Positions 29,456 to 38,932 of a DNA stretch of 49,095 nucleotides are shown in pieces (positions within the stretch are counted from its first letter, which is position 1; each line of letters opens with the position of its first letter). The stretch is from an uncultured Acidobacteriota bacterium. GTDB lineage: Bacteria > Actinomycetota > Acidimicrobiia > Spongiisociales > ZC4RG35. The notes below the pieces were generated by a model. That model did no database searches and was not told the origin of the DNA. It worked only from the letters and a program-made list of their open reading frames with translations. A program made the translations under genes and the position numbers. The stretch covers positions 1 through 49,095 of the forward strand of contig CAWHEU010000011.1 of the NCBI GenBank assembly GCA_963828465.1. Direction: 5' to 3'.

Positions 29456-30250
29456 GTGAGCAGCCGACTCGAAGATCTGCGAGATCTGGCCCGGATGCTG
29501 GACGAAGGCAAGATCTCACATAGCGAATACGACATCGTGAAGACCGAGATCCTCGAGGCCCCAGCCGAGGAGTGGGAGCCACCAACCGCTCACGCCCCTC
29601 CCGACGACGACGAAGGTCAGGGACTTGATGACGAACAGGTCGCAGGTTGGCGGGGAGCCTTCGATCAGATCCCGACCATATATCGCGTCGCGGCCGGCGG
29701 AGCGGTGCTCGTCCTGGTGATCGGGTTCTTCCTCAACGGCAACGGAGACGCAGCTGGAAGCGTCACCGCAGACCGGGCTTCGAACGCCTCGGCTCCCTCG
29801 AGTCCGGCGCCGGAGTCATTGGGGATAGTCCTCGACGGCCTGGCCGATGGCTGGAACGCTGTGCCGGACGCGCCGCTGATCAAAGGCAGGGTGATGACCT
29901 CACCGGAAGCCGGGCCACTCGACAGCTTCGTGCACAATTTCGACGGATCAGCGGTCCTCGCCGGCGCCTATAACCCGAACGACGGTTCGGTCTACGCCCT
30001 GATGGCCAGGTCCGGCGTGCACGACGAGTCGGTGTCGAGCATTTATGTGCATCTCTGTTATCTCCTCCATCCCGGCTCGCAGGAATGTCTCGAGGTGTTC
30101 GTCGAGGAAACCGGGATGTTTGGCAAGGCGCACGCCGACTTCGCAGGCGCCGAGCAGGCTGCCGAATGGGAGTACGAGGGACACCTATGGCAAGTCGGCA
30201 TCGCCAGCGACGTCGAGACGATCAGGGTGCGTGCTGCTTCGAGTCCGTGA
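29456..30250 (+). CDS. SHOCT-like N-terminal domain, single-TM protein
   Basis: LRDLARMLDEGKISHSEYDIVKTEIL fits the SHOCT pattern; then an acidic linker, a TM helix and an extracytoplasmic domain. Confidence 0.65.
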   Translation: MSSRLEDLRDLARMLDEGKISHSEYDIVKTEILEAPAEEWEPPTAHAPPDDDEGQGLDDEQVAGWRGAFDQIPTIYRVAAGGAVLVLVIGFFLNGNGDAAGSVTADRASNASAPSSPAPESLGIVLDGLADGWNAVPDAPLIKGRVMTSPEAGPLDSFVHNFDGSAVLAGAYNPNDGSVYALMARSGVHDESVSSIYVHLCYLLHPGSQECLEVFVEETGMFGKAHADFAGAEQAAEWEYEGHLWQVGIASDVETIRVRAASSP

Positions 30251-30259
30251 CCCACACGG

Positions 30260-30805
30260 TCAGAGCTTCTGGATTCGGTCCCCGACCGCGATCACCCCAT
30301 CTTGTATCACTCGTGCGTAGACCCCACGCAGCCGGAGCTCTTTGGCCGGTCCTACGTTGACGAATCGGAGTGCCGCCGAGCCGAATCGTGAGGCGAACTT
30401 GTTGCATCCCTCGTGCGGTGTGTCTGTTATCTCGAGAACGGCGGTGCCGGTCCGCAGCTTTTGACCAGGCACGAGGTTCGCATGGCTCAGGTCCAGATCG
30501 GCGACGATGTTGTCTCCGACCAGCGACCAGCGGTTTCGCCCCCCGGAGACGAGATCCAGGAGCCGGGAGTTGATGATCGCGATCTGGATGTCCGGCATTT
30601 CGCGATATTTGTCTTTCGACCAGTGGTCGCCGTCGACCCCGAGCAGAGAGGTCACCGCGACACTTTCAGGCATCCGTCGCTCGTTCTCGGCGGGGCGGAC
30701 GATCAGCATCTCGACTAGGCCGTCATCCTGAGGGCTGGAGAGCACGCCGGGCAGGCCAGCTTCGAGCTGCTCGGGCGTCAAATGTGTGACGGCTGTGTGG
30801 CTCAT
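30260..30805 (-). CDS. MOSC domain protein
   Basis: GVDGDHW, GDNIVADLDLS, PHEGCNKFASRFG, LRGVYARVIQDG..GD; ATGA overlap with the MFS stop. Confidence 0.85.
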   Translation of the reverse strand: MSHTAVTHLTPEQLEAGLPGVLSSPQDDGLVEMLIVRPAENERRMPESVAVTSLLGVDGDHWSKDKYREMPDIQIAIINSRLLDLVSGGRNRWSLVGDNIVADLDLSHANLVPGQKLRTGTAVLEITDTPHEGCNKFASRFGSAALRFVNVGPAKELRLRGVYARVIQDGVIAVGDRIQKL

Positions 30806-32082
30806 GCTGCCTCGGCCGGCGACTCCTCGCGCCGGCTGTGCCGCCCTTCGAAATTCGGGCCGAACGTGTCCTTCCACACCACTGTGGTCATCAACCATAT
30901 GGCGGTCGCGATCAGGAGGGCGGGGAATATCCGGGCTACCAGTGGCAGGGTGTCCTCCGAATCGCCCAACCAGCCACCGATCAGAGCGCCGAGGGGCAGC
31001 GTGGCCCATCCGATCGCCCTGCTCACCGTGGTGACTCTCCCCAACATGTTGTCGTCGGCATAGTGCTGACGGATGGTGGCCAGCGGGACGTTGATCAGGG
31101 AAACACCGATCATCCATCCCACATTGAGGGCGAGGGGAACGAGCCCGTATGTGGTGAACATCACCGCGAACAGCAGCAACCCGGTCAAGATCATGCCGAA
31201 TGTCATGGTCCGGCCCAGACCGGTCGTCCTGATGATCTGTGGCGCGATCAAGGCGCCGATGATTCCGCCGACTCCCATCGCCGCCACCAGGATTCCGACC
31301 TGGGCGGTGTTGGCCGCGCCCAGGATCACAGAGAACAAGAGAACCACCGTGGCCTCGATGAACCCCATGACGAAGTTGGGGATAGCGGCGGCGATCGTGG
31401 TGACCCGAAGCCGGGGCTCTTTCCAGATGTAGCGCAGGCCGTCCATCGCCTCGGTGAGGAATGGGGAGCGGGTGTCATCAGCGCTGCGGTGATGTGCCAC
31501 CCTTCCCACCCCGGCCAGGAAAACAGCCGAGATCACGAAACTGAGGCCATTGATGTAGAGGCCCAGGGCAGGTCCGCCATAGAGGTAGGCAAACAGGCCC
31601 CCGGCGAGAGCGCCCACGGCGAAATTGAACTGCTGGCTGGCGGCCACGAACGAGTTGGCATCGGCGAGCCGGCGTCTCGGCACCAGCGAGGGGATCAGGG
31701 CGAACAGGGCGCCGTCGAAGAATGTGGTGAAAGATCCGACCAGGAATGCGATGAAGAACACCGTTCCCACGCCGTAGGAGCCGTACGAAGCGGCGAGATA
31801 GAAGAAGGCCGATGCCCGGAGGAGATCGGTGGCGATCATCACCGGTCGCAGGTGCCAGCGGTCGATGAGCACGCCCACGATCAGCCCGAGCAGGAGGGTC
31901 GGCACGGTCTCCAGCGCGTAGGTGAGGGCGAATTCCATCGTCGAATCGGTCCCACTGATATCGAGAACCAGGAAGGGAAGGGTCACCCAGGCGACATAGG
32001 TCCCGAAGTGGCTGACCGCCTGGCCGACCCACAAGGCCATGTATCTCGGCCCGAGGGAGGTCAGCGACCGAAAGAAATTCAC
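30802..32082 (-). CDS. MFS transporter (DHA3/macrolide efflux-like)
   Basis: About 12 TM segments; LWVGQAVS, GVLIDRW..RPVMIATDLLRA, MLGRV motifs. Confidence 0.9.
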   Translation of the reverse strand: MNFFRSLTSLGPRYMALWVGQAVSHFGTYVAWVTLPFLVLDISGTDSTMEFALTYALETVPTLLLGLIVGVLIDRWHLRPVMIATDLLRASAFFYLAASYGSYGVGTVFFIAFLVGSFTTFFDGALFALIPSLVPRRRLADANSFVAASQQFNFAVGALAGGLFAYLYGGPALGLYINGLSFVISAVFLAGVGRVAHHRSADDTRSPFLTEAMDGLRYIWKEPRLRVTTIAAAIPNFVMGFIEATVVLLFSVILGAANTAQVGILVAAMGVGGIIGALIAPQIIRTTGLGRTMTFGMILTGLLLFAVMFTTYGLVPLALNVGWMIGVSLINVPLATIRQHYADDNMLGRVTTVSRAIGWATLPLGALIGGWLGDSEDTLPLVARIFPALLIATAIWLMTTVVWKDTFGPNFEGRHSRREESPAEAA

Positions 32083-32141
32083 TGGCCTTGCACCATACCG
32101 GGCTACTCAGGTGTGTCCAGCCCTTGTTAGCCTTGCTCACC

Positions 32142-32447
32142 ATGGCCGACCCACGCGAGATCCCGCAGCTCACCACCGAGTTGATCGACATGTCGCGGGA
32201 ATACCTCCTGCAAGAGACTCTCGAGCCGGCGAAGAGGCTGGGAAGGCATGCCGGAATGGGTATCGGCGGCGCCATGGCTCTGGGCCTCGGCGCATTCTTC
32301 TTGGTGCTAGCCCTCTACAACGGGCTGAAGATGTGGCTCCCTTCGGGAGCTTGGTGGGTGGTTCTGGCGAAATTCTTGACTGCGTTGGTCGCGGCGGGTG
32401 GTGCAGGATTGGTGGCTTGGAGGTTGCAAGAACGTGACGATTACTAG
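32142..32447 (+). CDS. Small two-TM protein (actinobacterial holin-like family)
   Basis: YLLQETLEPAKRLGR followed by two hydrophobic helices; TAGCCT -10 lies 8 nt before the ATG. Confidence 0.65.
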   Translation: MADPREIPQLTTELIDMSREYLLQETLEPAKRLGRHAGMGIGGAMALGLGAFFLVLALYNGLKMWLPSGAWWVVLAKFLTALVAAGGAGLVAWRLQERDDY

Positions 32448-32628
32448 ACAGGACATCGAGGCCAAGGCCAATGAGATCGCATCGGCGGTCAACCAGACCA
32501 CGGAGTCGGCTCGTGACACGGCCGTGGCGGCGGGAGTCGTAATCGCCCTGTTGGTCCTCGCCGCTTTCATCTTCGGGCGCCGCCGCGGATCGAGGAATCG
32601 AACGCTGGTAGAGGTCTACCGCGTCTGA
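32434..32628 (+). CDS. Small single-TM hypothetical protein
   Basis: ITRQDIEAKANEI...TM...GRRRG...VEVYRV; overlaps the upstream gene. Confidence 0.6.
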   Translation: MTITRQDIEAKANEIASAVNQTTESARDTAVAAGVVIALLVLAAFIFGRRRGSRNRTLVEVYRV

Positions 32629-32888
32629 CGCGGACTGGGCGGCTTGATCACCTCGATCTTGGGGTCGCCGCTCCGCCGATGGTGGATGACGATGGCCGAC
32701 CCCTCTGGCAACTTCTTGCTGAAGACGAGCCGGCGCCGGGGTCTGGTCGCCCTCAGATAAGCGAGGGCAGCGAGACTGAGCCCGCTGTAGAGCTCCCGTT
32801 GATCACCGGTCCGGAGCCCGCGCAGCGTGCGGTCGATGCTCTCCATCCGGATGTTCCGGATCCCGAGAAGGCGTAAGAGTCGGTCCAT
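32616..32888 (-). CDS. Small basic hypothetical protein
   Basis: Convergent 90-aa ORF filling the gap; start codon uncertain. Confidence 0.5.
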   Translation of the reverse strand: MDRLLRLLGIRNIRMESIDRTLRGLRTGDQRELYSGLSLAALAYLRATRPRRRLVFSKKLPEGSAIVIHHRRSGDPKIEVIKPPSPRQTR

Positions 32889-32939
32889 CTTGTCTACCGT
32901 TGCCGCCAATCAATCCAGAGTCAATCGAGTTCTAACCGC

Positions 32940-33035
32940 ATGCAGAATAAGCAATTCGTCAAGGTCGTCATTTGGATAGTGGTCGTCTCCATGGTCCTGG
33001 GGCTGGGCTTCACGGTGTTCGCACTGCTCACATGA
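32940..33035 (+). CDS. 31-aa single-TM miniprotein, Prli42/DUF4044-like
   Basis: MQNKQFVKVVIWIVVVSMVLGLGFTVFALLT; its stop overlaps the trmI start (ATGA). Confidence 0.65.
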   Translation: MQNKQFVKVVIWIVVVSMVLGLGFTVFALLT

Positions 33036-33826
33036 GGCTGGAGGCGGGCGATCCCGCCCTATTGATCGACTCCAAGGGGCGTCGTTTCCTCCTCGAATTG
33101 ACCCCCGACCGAACCTTCCAGTACCACGAGGGCGCCGTTCCCCACGGCGATCTCATCGGCCGCGAGGAGGGCAGCTGGATCGTCTCGTCGACGGGGGCAC
33201 AGCTCCTCCTGTTACGGCCCCGCTTGGCTGACTTCACCCTCAAGATGAAGAGAAGCGCCCAGGTCGTCTATCCCAAAGATCTCGGCCCGATCCTGGTCTA
33301 TGCAGACATCGCACCCGGCATGACCGTGCTCGAGGCAGGGAGCGGGTCGGGAGCGCTCACCCTGGGCCTGAGCCGGGCCGTCGGGCCGACGGGGAAGGTG
33401 ATCAGCGTGGAATTGAGGGAAGACCACGCAGCACACGCCAGAAAGGCCGTGGAGAAGTGGTACGGCCGACTGCCTGAGAATGTCGAGATGCGGATCGGGG
33501 ATGTGGCCGACGAGGTCCAGTTGGTCGAACCGGCCCGAATCGTGCTTGATCTGCCCGAGCCGTGGCACGTGGTGACTGCGGCCGCCCAGCACCAGCCACC
33601 CGGTGGGTTGCTCGCCGCCTACCTCCCTACCGTCCCGCAGGTGCAGACAACGGTGGAGACTGCGCGGGAGACCGGTGTATTCACCGAGATCGAGGTGAAA
33701 GAGGTCTTGGTCCGCGACTGGAACGTCGCAGGCAGATCGGTTCGTCCCGAGCATCGGATGATCGGCCACACCGGCTTCCTCATCTTCATGAGAAAGACCG
33801 CCAAGCCACCGTCAGAGGAGGGTTGA
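33032..33826 (+). CDS. trmI: tRNA (adenine58-N1)-methyltransferase
   Basis: MKRSAQVVYPKD, LEAGSGSGAL, LDLPEPW, RPEHRMIGHTGFL; canonical position before arc. Confidence 0.95.
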   Translation: MRLEAGDPALLIDSKGRRFLLELTPDRTFQYHEGAVPHGDLIGREEGSWIVSSTGAQLLLLRPRLADFTLKMKRSAQVVYPKDLGPILVYADIAPGMTVLEAGSGSGALTLGLSRAVGPTGKVISVELREDHAAHARKAVEKWYGRLPENVEMRIGDVADEVQLVEPARIVLDLPEPWHVVTAAAQHQPPGGLLAAYLPTVPQVQTTVETARETGVFTEIEVKEVLVRDWNVAGRSVRPEHRMIGHTGFLIFMRKTAKPPSEEG

Positions 33827-33872
33827 GCGGTCACAATCCTCAAGTTGGCGGGCAGTCACGCCGACGCTCTCT

Positions 33873-33895
33873 TTGTCGGCAGATAGTGGCATCAT
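33873..33895 (+). promoter_or_regulatory. Possible PafBC-like promoter upstream of arc (TTGTCGG-N10-CATCAT)
   Basis: Full TGTCGG with correct spacing but a non-canonical first -10 base. A second -10, TATACT, lies at 33948-33953. Confidence 0.4.
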
Positions 33896-33987
33896 CGAGG
33901 GAGTAGGGGCCTGGGTGACAACCCGAGGAACTACAGAGACCGATTCGTATACTGCTAAACAAGGCGACCAAGGCCAGGAGGAAGCCC

Positions 33988-35715
33988 GTGGATGAAGGAC
34001 GGAGAGCGGACGACGCCACTCAGTTGCGCAGCGTCGTCGCCGCCCTCGAGGAGGAGATCGCCGTCCTGCGCCGCCGTGTACGTGACGCCCCGGCCCGGGT
34101 GGACGATCTCGAGAACGAGCTCAGCCGGATGCGGGAGCGTCTCGACCGGGCCATGGCACAGAACGACAAGCTGTCGGCTGTCCTCGAAGAGGCGAGGGAG
34201 CAACTCGGTGTCCTGAGGGAAGAGGTCGAGAAGCTGACCTCGCCTCCTAACAACTTCGGCACCGTTCTCCAGGTGAATGACGACGGCACCCTGGACATAA
34301 TGACCGGGAGCCGCAAGTTGCGGGTCGCCGCCCAGCCCAACGTCGAAGTGAAGAAGCTCCAGGTGGGCCAGGAGGTCCTCCTCAACGAGGCCTTCAACAT
34401 CATCGACATCCGTCATTTCGAACCGGCTGGTGATGTTCTGAGAGTCCGCGAGGTTCTCACCGACGGACGGGTCGTGGTCTTCGCCCACGCCGACGAGGAG
34501 AGAGTTCTCCAACGGTCCGAGACGATGGCGGACGTGAAACTGAGGCCCGGCGACTACGTCCGGATCGACACCAAGACCGGTCTCATCCTGGAGAAGATGG
34601 AGCGTCCCGAGGTCGAAGAGCTCGTTCTGGAAGAGGTCCCGGACATCACCTATGAGGATGTCGGAGGTCTGGCCGATCAGATCGAGCAGATCCGCGATAC
34701 GGTCGAGCTCCCCTACATGTACAAGGATTTGTTCCGTGAGTACGAGCTCGACCCGCCGAAGGGCATCCTCCTCTACGGGCCTCCCGGCTGTGGCAAGACA
34801 CTCATCGCCAAGGCAGTAGCCAATAGCCTCGCCAAGAAGGTCTCAGAACGGACCGGCAGTCCCGACGTCCGCTCCTATTTCTTGAACATCAAAGGACCCG
34901 AGCTCCTCAACAAGTGGGTTGGCGAGACCGAGCGTCAGATACGTCTGATCTTCCAGCGGGCCAAGGAGAAGTCTGACGAAGGCGTGCCGGTCATCGTTTT
35001 CTTCGACGAGATGGATTCCCTGTTCCGCACCAGAGGCACCGGCATCAGCTCGGACGTCGAGTCCACGATCGTGCCCCAGCTCCTCTCCGAGCTCGACGGC
35101 GTCGAGTCTCTCAAGAACGTCGTGGTCATCGGTGCCTCCAACCGTGAGGACCTGATCGACCCGGCCATCCTCAGACCGGGGCGCCTCGACGTGAAGATCA
35201 GGATCAACCGGCCGGACACGTCCGCCGCCCGTGAGATCTTCCGCATCTACATCAGCGAGGAGACGCCTCTCGACCCGGAAGCCCTCGAGGAGCACGAGGG
35301 CGACAAGACGAAGGTCATCTCGGCCTACATAGAGGCCACAGTCGATGCCATGTACGCCGAGTCGGACGAGAACCGCTTCCTCGAGGTCACCTATGCATCC
35401 GGAGACCGCGAGGTGCTCTTCTTCAAGGACTTCGCCTCCGGAGCGATGATCGAGAACATCGTGAGACGAGCCAAGAAGGACGCGATCAAGAGGCAAATCG
35501 CCGGCGGAGAGCCCGGAGTCCGTCTCTCTGACCTGACAGCAGCCATCAAACAGGAGTTCCGCGAGCAGGAGGACCTGCCCAACACGACCAACCCCGACGA
35601 CTGGGCCAGGGTGTCCGGCAAGAAGGGGGAGCGGATCGTCCACGTCCGCACACTGGTCGACGGCGATGACGAGAGTCGATTGATCGAGAAGGTCTCAGCG
35701 GGTCAATACCTCTGA
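33988..35715 (+). CDS. arc: Proteasome-associated AAA ATPase ARC/Mpa
   Basis: N-terminal coiled coil, [22 protein letters not shown]-terminal GQYL. Confidence 0.98.
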   Translation: MDEGRRADDATQLRSVVAALEEEIAVLRRRVRDAPARVDDLENELSRMRERLDRAMAQNDKLSAVLEEAREQLGVLREEVEKLTSPPNNFGTVLQVNDDGTLDIMTGSRKLRVAAQPNVEVKKLQVGQEVLLNEAFNIIDIRHFEPAGDVLRVREVLTDGRVVVFAHADEERVLQRSETMADVKLRPGDYVRIDTKTGLILEKMERPEVEELVLEEVPDITYEDVGGLADQIEQIRDTVELPYMYKDLFREYELDPPKGILLYGPPGCGKTLIAKAVANSLAKKVSERTGSPDVRSYFLNIKGPELLNKWVGETERQIRLIFQRAKEKSDEGVPVIVFFDEMDSLFRTRGTGISSDVESTIVPQLLSELDGVESLKNVVVIGASNREDLIDPAILRPGRLDVKIRINRPDTSAAREIFRIYISEETPLDPEALEEHEGDKTKVISAYIEATVDAMYAESDENRFLEVTYASGDREVLFFKDFASGAMIENIVRRAKKDAIKRQIAGGEPGVRLSDLTAAIKQEFREQEDLPNTTNPDDWARVSGKKGERIVHVRTLVDGDDESRLIEKVSAGQYL

Positions 35716-37184
35716 TGGCCATCCACAAGGTGCTCGGCACCGAGACCGAGTACGGCATCGTGGTCAGAGGGGACGTCGGGTTCAATCCAGCCGTTGCCTC
35801 CTCGCTCGTGGTCAACAGCTATCCCGGTGCTCGCGTCAAAGTCCAATGGTCATACGAGGAAGAGTCTCCTGGCCGGGACGCCAGGGGTTTCGGCCACGAC
35901 ACATTCGGGGTGGTCGACCCCGAGGGTGCGGTGGTGAACTCGGTCCTCGCCAACGGCGCCCGGCTCTATGTGGACCACGCCCATCCCGAATACTCGGCTC
36001 CCGAGTGCTACGACCCGCTGGAGGCCGCCTTGTACGACAAGGTGGGCGAAGTGGTGATGCGCTCGGCGGCCCGCGCCGCCACCGAGGTGGCCGGGAAGAA
36101 GGTCTCCCTCTACAAGAACAACTCGGATGGGAAGGGAAACTCCTACGGGGCCCACGAGAACTATCTGCTCTCCAGGGAGACACCCTTCGGAGACGTGATC
36201 CGCTTCGCCACCACATTTCTGGTGACCCGCCAGATCTTCACCGGCGCAGGAAAGGTCGGGTCCGAGAACGACCGTCCCGAGGTCGGCTTCCAACTCACCC
36301 AGCGCGCCGACTTCTTCGAGGAAGAAGTGGGGCTGGAGACGACGCTGAAGCGCCCGATCATCAATACCCGTGATGAGCCACATGGTGACCCGTCGAAATA
36401 TCGAAGACTCCACGTCATCATCGGTGATGCCAATCTCTCCGAGTGCCAGAACTTCCTCAAGCTCGGGGCCACCGCGTTGATGCTCGCGGCCCTCGAAGAC
36501 GGGGCCCTCCCGGACCCTCTCGACCTCCAGGACCCCGTGGAATCGTGCTGGCGGGTGAGTCATGACATCGGTCTCGGCAAGCCGCTCGAGCTCGAGGGTG
36601 GTGGAACGGCCACCGCTCTGGAACTCCAGGGCCGCTACCTGGAATGGCTGACCAAGTACGTGGAGAAAGAACTGGACGATCCGGTTTGGGAGCAGGTGAT
36701 CCACGAGTGGGAGCGCACGCTCGATCTACTGGGCACGGATCCCGGCCGTCTCGCCGATACCCTCGATTGGGTGGCCAAGCAGCGGCTGTTCGAGGGTTAC
36801 ATCGAGAGGGACGGCCTCTCCTGGGATGACCCGAAGTTGCGCGCCCTCGACCTCCAATACCACGACGTGGATCCCGAGAAGGGCTTGTATCACCGTCTCG
36901 CCGGCCGCGGGGCCATGCGCCGTCTCTTCGAGGATGATCAGATCGAAGCGGCCGCCGTGAACCCGCCGGACCGCACCCGTGCCTACTTCCGGGGCCGTTG
37001 CGTGACCCGGTTCTCCGACTCGCTGGTTGCCGCCAACTGGGATTCGCTCGTCTTCGACACCGGCGAATCGCATCTCAAGCGGGTTCCTATGATGGAACCA
37101 CTTCGAGGTGGCGCCGATTTGATCGGGGCCATGATCGACGAAGCCGAAGACGCGGCCGACCTTCTGCGTCGCCTAGGAGGATGA
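35715..37184 (+). CDS. dop: Pup deamidase/depupylase
   Basis: [60 protein letters not shown]. Confidence 0.97.
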   Translation: MAIHKVLGTETEYGIVVRGDVGFNPAVASSLVVNSYPGARVKVQWSYEEESPGRDARGFGHDTFGVVDPEGAVVNSVLANGARLYVDHAHPEYSAPECYDPLEAALYDKVGEVVMRSAARAATEVAGKKVSLYKNNSDGKGNSYGAHENYLLSRETPFGDVIRFATTFLVTRQIFTGAGKVGSENDRPEVGFQLTQRADFFEEEVGLETTLKRPIINTRDEPHGDPSKYRRLHVIIGDANLSECQNFLKLGATALMLAALEDGALPDPLDLQDPVESCWRVSHDIGLGKPLELEGGGTATALELQGRYLEWLTKYVEKELDDPVWEQVIHEWERTLDLLGTDPGRLADTLDWVAKQRLFEGYIERDGLSWDDPKLRALDLQYHDVDPEKGLYHRLAGRGAMRRLFEDDQIEAAAVNPPDRTRAYFRGRCVTRFSDSLVAANWDSLVFDTGESHLKRVPMMEPLRGGADLIGAMIDEAEDAADLLRRLGG

Positions 37185-37189
37185 ACTAG

Positions 37190-37378
37190 ATGTCGGACAG
37201 AGAACGTTCCCGTTCGAGGGATCAGGACAACGAGAAATCCGAGGATCAGCCGGCAGAACGGGTCGAGAGCGACTCCGACCTGGAGGCGCTCGATGACCTG
37301 CTCGACGAGATCGACGAGGTCCTCGAGGAAAACGCCGAGGAATTCGTGAAGAACTACGTCCAGAAGGGTGGGGAGTGA
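37190..37378 (+). CDS. pup: Prokaryotic ubiquitin-like protein Pup (C-terminal GGE)
   Basis: DDLLDEIDEVLEENAEEFVKNYVQKGGE. Confidence 0.98.
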   Translation: MSDRERSRSRDQDNEKSEDQPAERVESDSDLEALDDLLDEIDEVLEENAEEFVKNYVQKGGE

Positions 37379-38166
37379 TCGGATCCATTGGCCCGTTGCC
37401 GATGGAAGCGCCGAGTCCCGGGTCCAGCTTCACGGATCTTCTCGATTCGCTCGGTGCCAAGCCGACCCTGAACATCCCGCCCGGGGAGAAGCCTCCCACC
37501 GCCCCCGAAGGGACCACAGTGCTCGCCCTGCGCTACGAGGGCGGTGTGGTGATGGCAGGTGATCGGCGCGCTACAGAAGGAAACCTGGTCGCCCATCGCA
37601 GGATCCGCAAGGTTTTCCAGGCCGACAAGTACTCGGCAGTTGCCATCGCCGGCGTCGCCGGAATCGCCATCGAGATGGTGAGGCTGTTCCAGGTCGAGTT
37701 GGAGCACTACGAGAAGATCGAAGGCGTCCGCCTCTCGTTGGAGGGGCAAGCCTCGTTTCTCGCCCGTCTCGTGAGGGGCCAGCTTCCGATGGCCTTTCAG
37801 GGGCTGATCGTCGTCCCCATGTTCGCCGGCTTCGACGAGCGGGAGCAGCGGGGGCGGCTCTACAGCTACGACGCAGTGGGTGGCAGATATGAAGAGGTCG
37901 ACTTCGGCAGCACCGGATCGGGATCGAGACTTGCCAAGTCGTACCTCCGGACTGTGTATCGGGAGGACCTCAGCGCTGAGGAAGCATCAGACATGGCGGT
38001 AAGGGCCTTGGTCGCCGCTTCACAAGAGGACACGGCTACCGGTGGCCCGGATCTGAGACGTGGCATCTACCCGACGGTTCTCCGTATCGGGGCCGAGGGA
38101 GTAGAGGAACTGGACGATTCGGTCATCGCACCCCTCGCTGAAGCTGCCGTGGACCAGATCCTATGA
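37375..38166 (+). CDS. prcB: 20S proteasome beta subunit
   Basis: Propeptide followed by G|TTVLAL, AGDRRAT, GSGS, DTATGGPD. Confidence 0.97.
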   Translation: MIGSIGPLPMEAPSPGSSFTDLLDSLGAKPTLNIPPGEKPPTAPEGTTVLALRYEGGVVMAGDRRATEGNLVAHRRIRKVFQADKYSAVAIAGVAGIAIEMVRLFQVELEHYEKIEGVRLSLEGQASFLARLVRGQLPMAFQGLIVVPMFAGFDEREQRGRLYSYDAVGGRYEEVDFGSTGSGSRLAKSYLRTVYREDLSAEEASDMAVRALVAASQEDTATGGPDLRRGIYPTVLRIGAEGVEELDDSVIAPLAEAAVDQIL

Positions 38167-38831
38167 CCATCCCCTTCTACGTCCCTCCTGAGCAACAGGT
38201 CCGCGATAAGGCCGAGTTCGCCCGCAAAGGCATAGCTCGGGGCCGCTCCATCATCGCCGTCGACTATGCCGGAGGTGTCCTGCTCCTCGCCGAGAACCCA
38301 TCGACCGCCCTGCACAAGATCAGTGAGGTCTACGACCGGATCGCCTTCGCCGGCGTGGGCCGGTACAACGAGTTCGAGACCCTGCGGAAGGCGGGCATCA
38401 GACAGGCCGACCTGATGGGATATCTGTACTCGAGAGAAGACGTGACCGCCATGGGCCTGGCCACCGCATTCGCCCAGACGCTCGGCGTGATCTTCACCCG
38501 CGAGCCGAAGCCTTTCGAGGTCGAGGTCCTCATCGTCGAGATCAGCGAGGAGGGCGACGAGCACAGGCTCTTCCGCGTCACCTACGACGGGACGCTCTAC
38601 GACGAACGGAAGTTTGTCGCCATCGGAGGCAAGGCAGAACAGCTCGTCGAGGCGCTCCAGGGACTCTGGGAGGACGATCTGACACTGGAACGTGCCCTCG
38701 AGATCGGAACCGAGGCATTCCGGGAAGGGGAAGGCCGGGAGATGGAGGGCTGGGAAGCAGCAGTCCTCGATTACTCCAATGGCCGCAGGGCATTCCGTCG
38801 GCTCACCGGCGACGAGCTGCCGGCGCGCTGA
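38163..38831 (+). CDS. prcA: 20S proteasome alpha subunit
   Basis: PFYVPPEQ..DKAEFARKGIARGRS, KISEVYDRI, GRYNEFE. Confidence 0.97.
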   Translation: MTIPFYVPPEQQVRDKAEFARKGIARGRSIIAVDYAGGVLLLAENPSTALHKISEVYDRIAFAGVGRYNEFETLRKAGIRQADLMGYLYSREDVTAMGLATAFAQTLGVIFTREPKPFEVEVLIVEISEEGDEHRLFRVTYDGTLYDERKFVAIGGKAEQLVEALQGLWEDDLTLERALEIGTEAFREGEGREMEGWEAAVLDYSNGRRAFRRLTGDELPAR

Positions 38832-38932
38832 GGTCCCCATTTCCCCGCATAGCGGGAGGCGGTTCGGTTGTTCTCGCCTACGGAGAGGAACATTCTCTCG
38901 CGAGAGCCCCCCACCCGGGATAGCCTGCCCAC

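Noticed and set aside
32114-32133. TGTC upstream of TAGCCT before the holin-like gene as a PafBC promoter
   Set aside because: The spacing is 10 nt rather than 12.
32142-32447. Holin-like gene as evidence of a prophage
   Set aside because: No integrase, endolysin or structural genes occur in the window.
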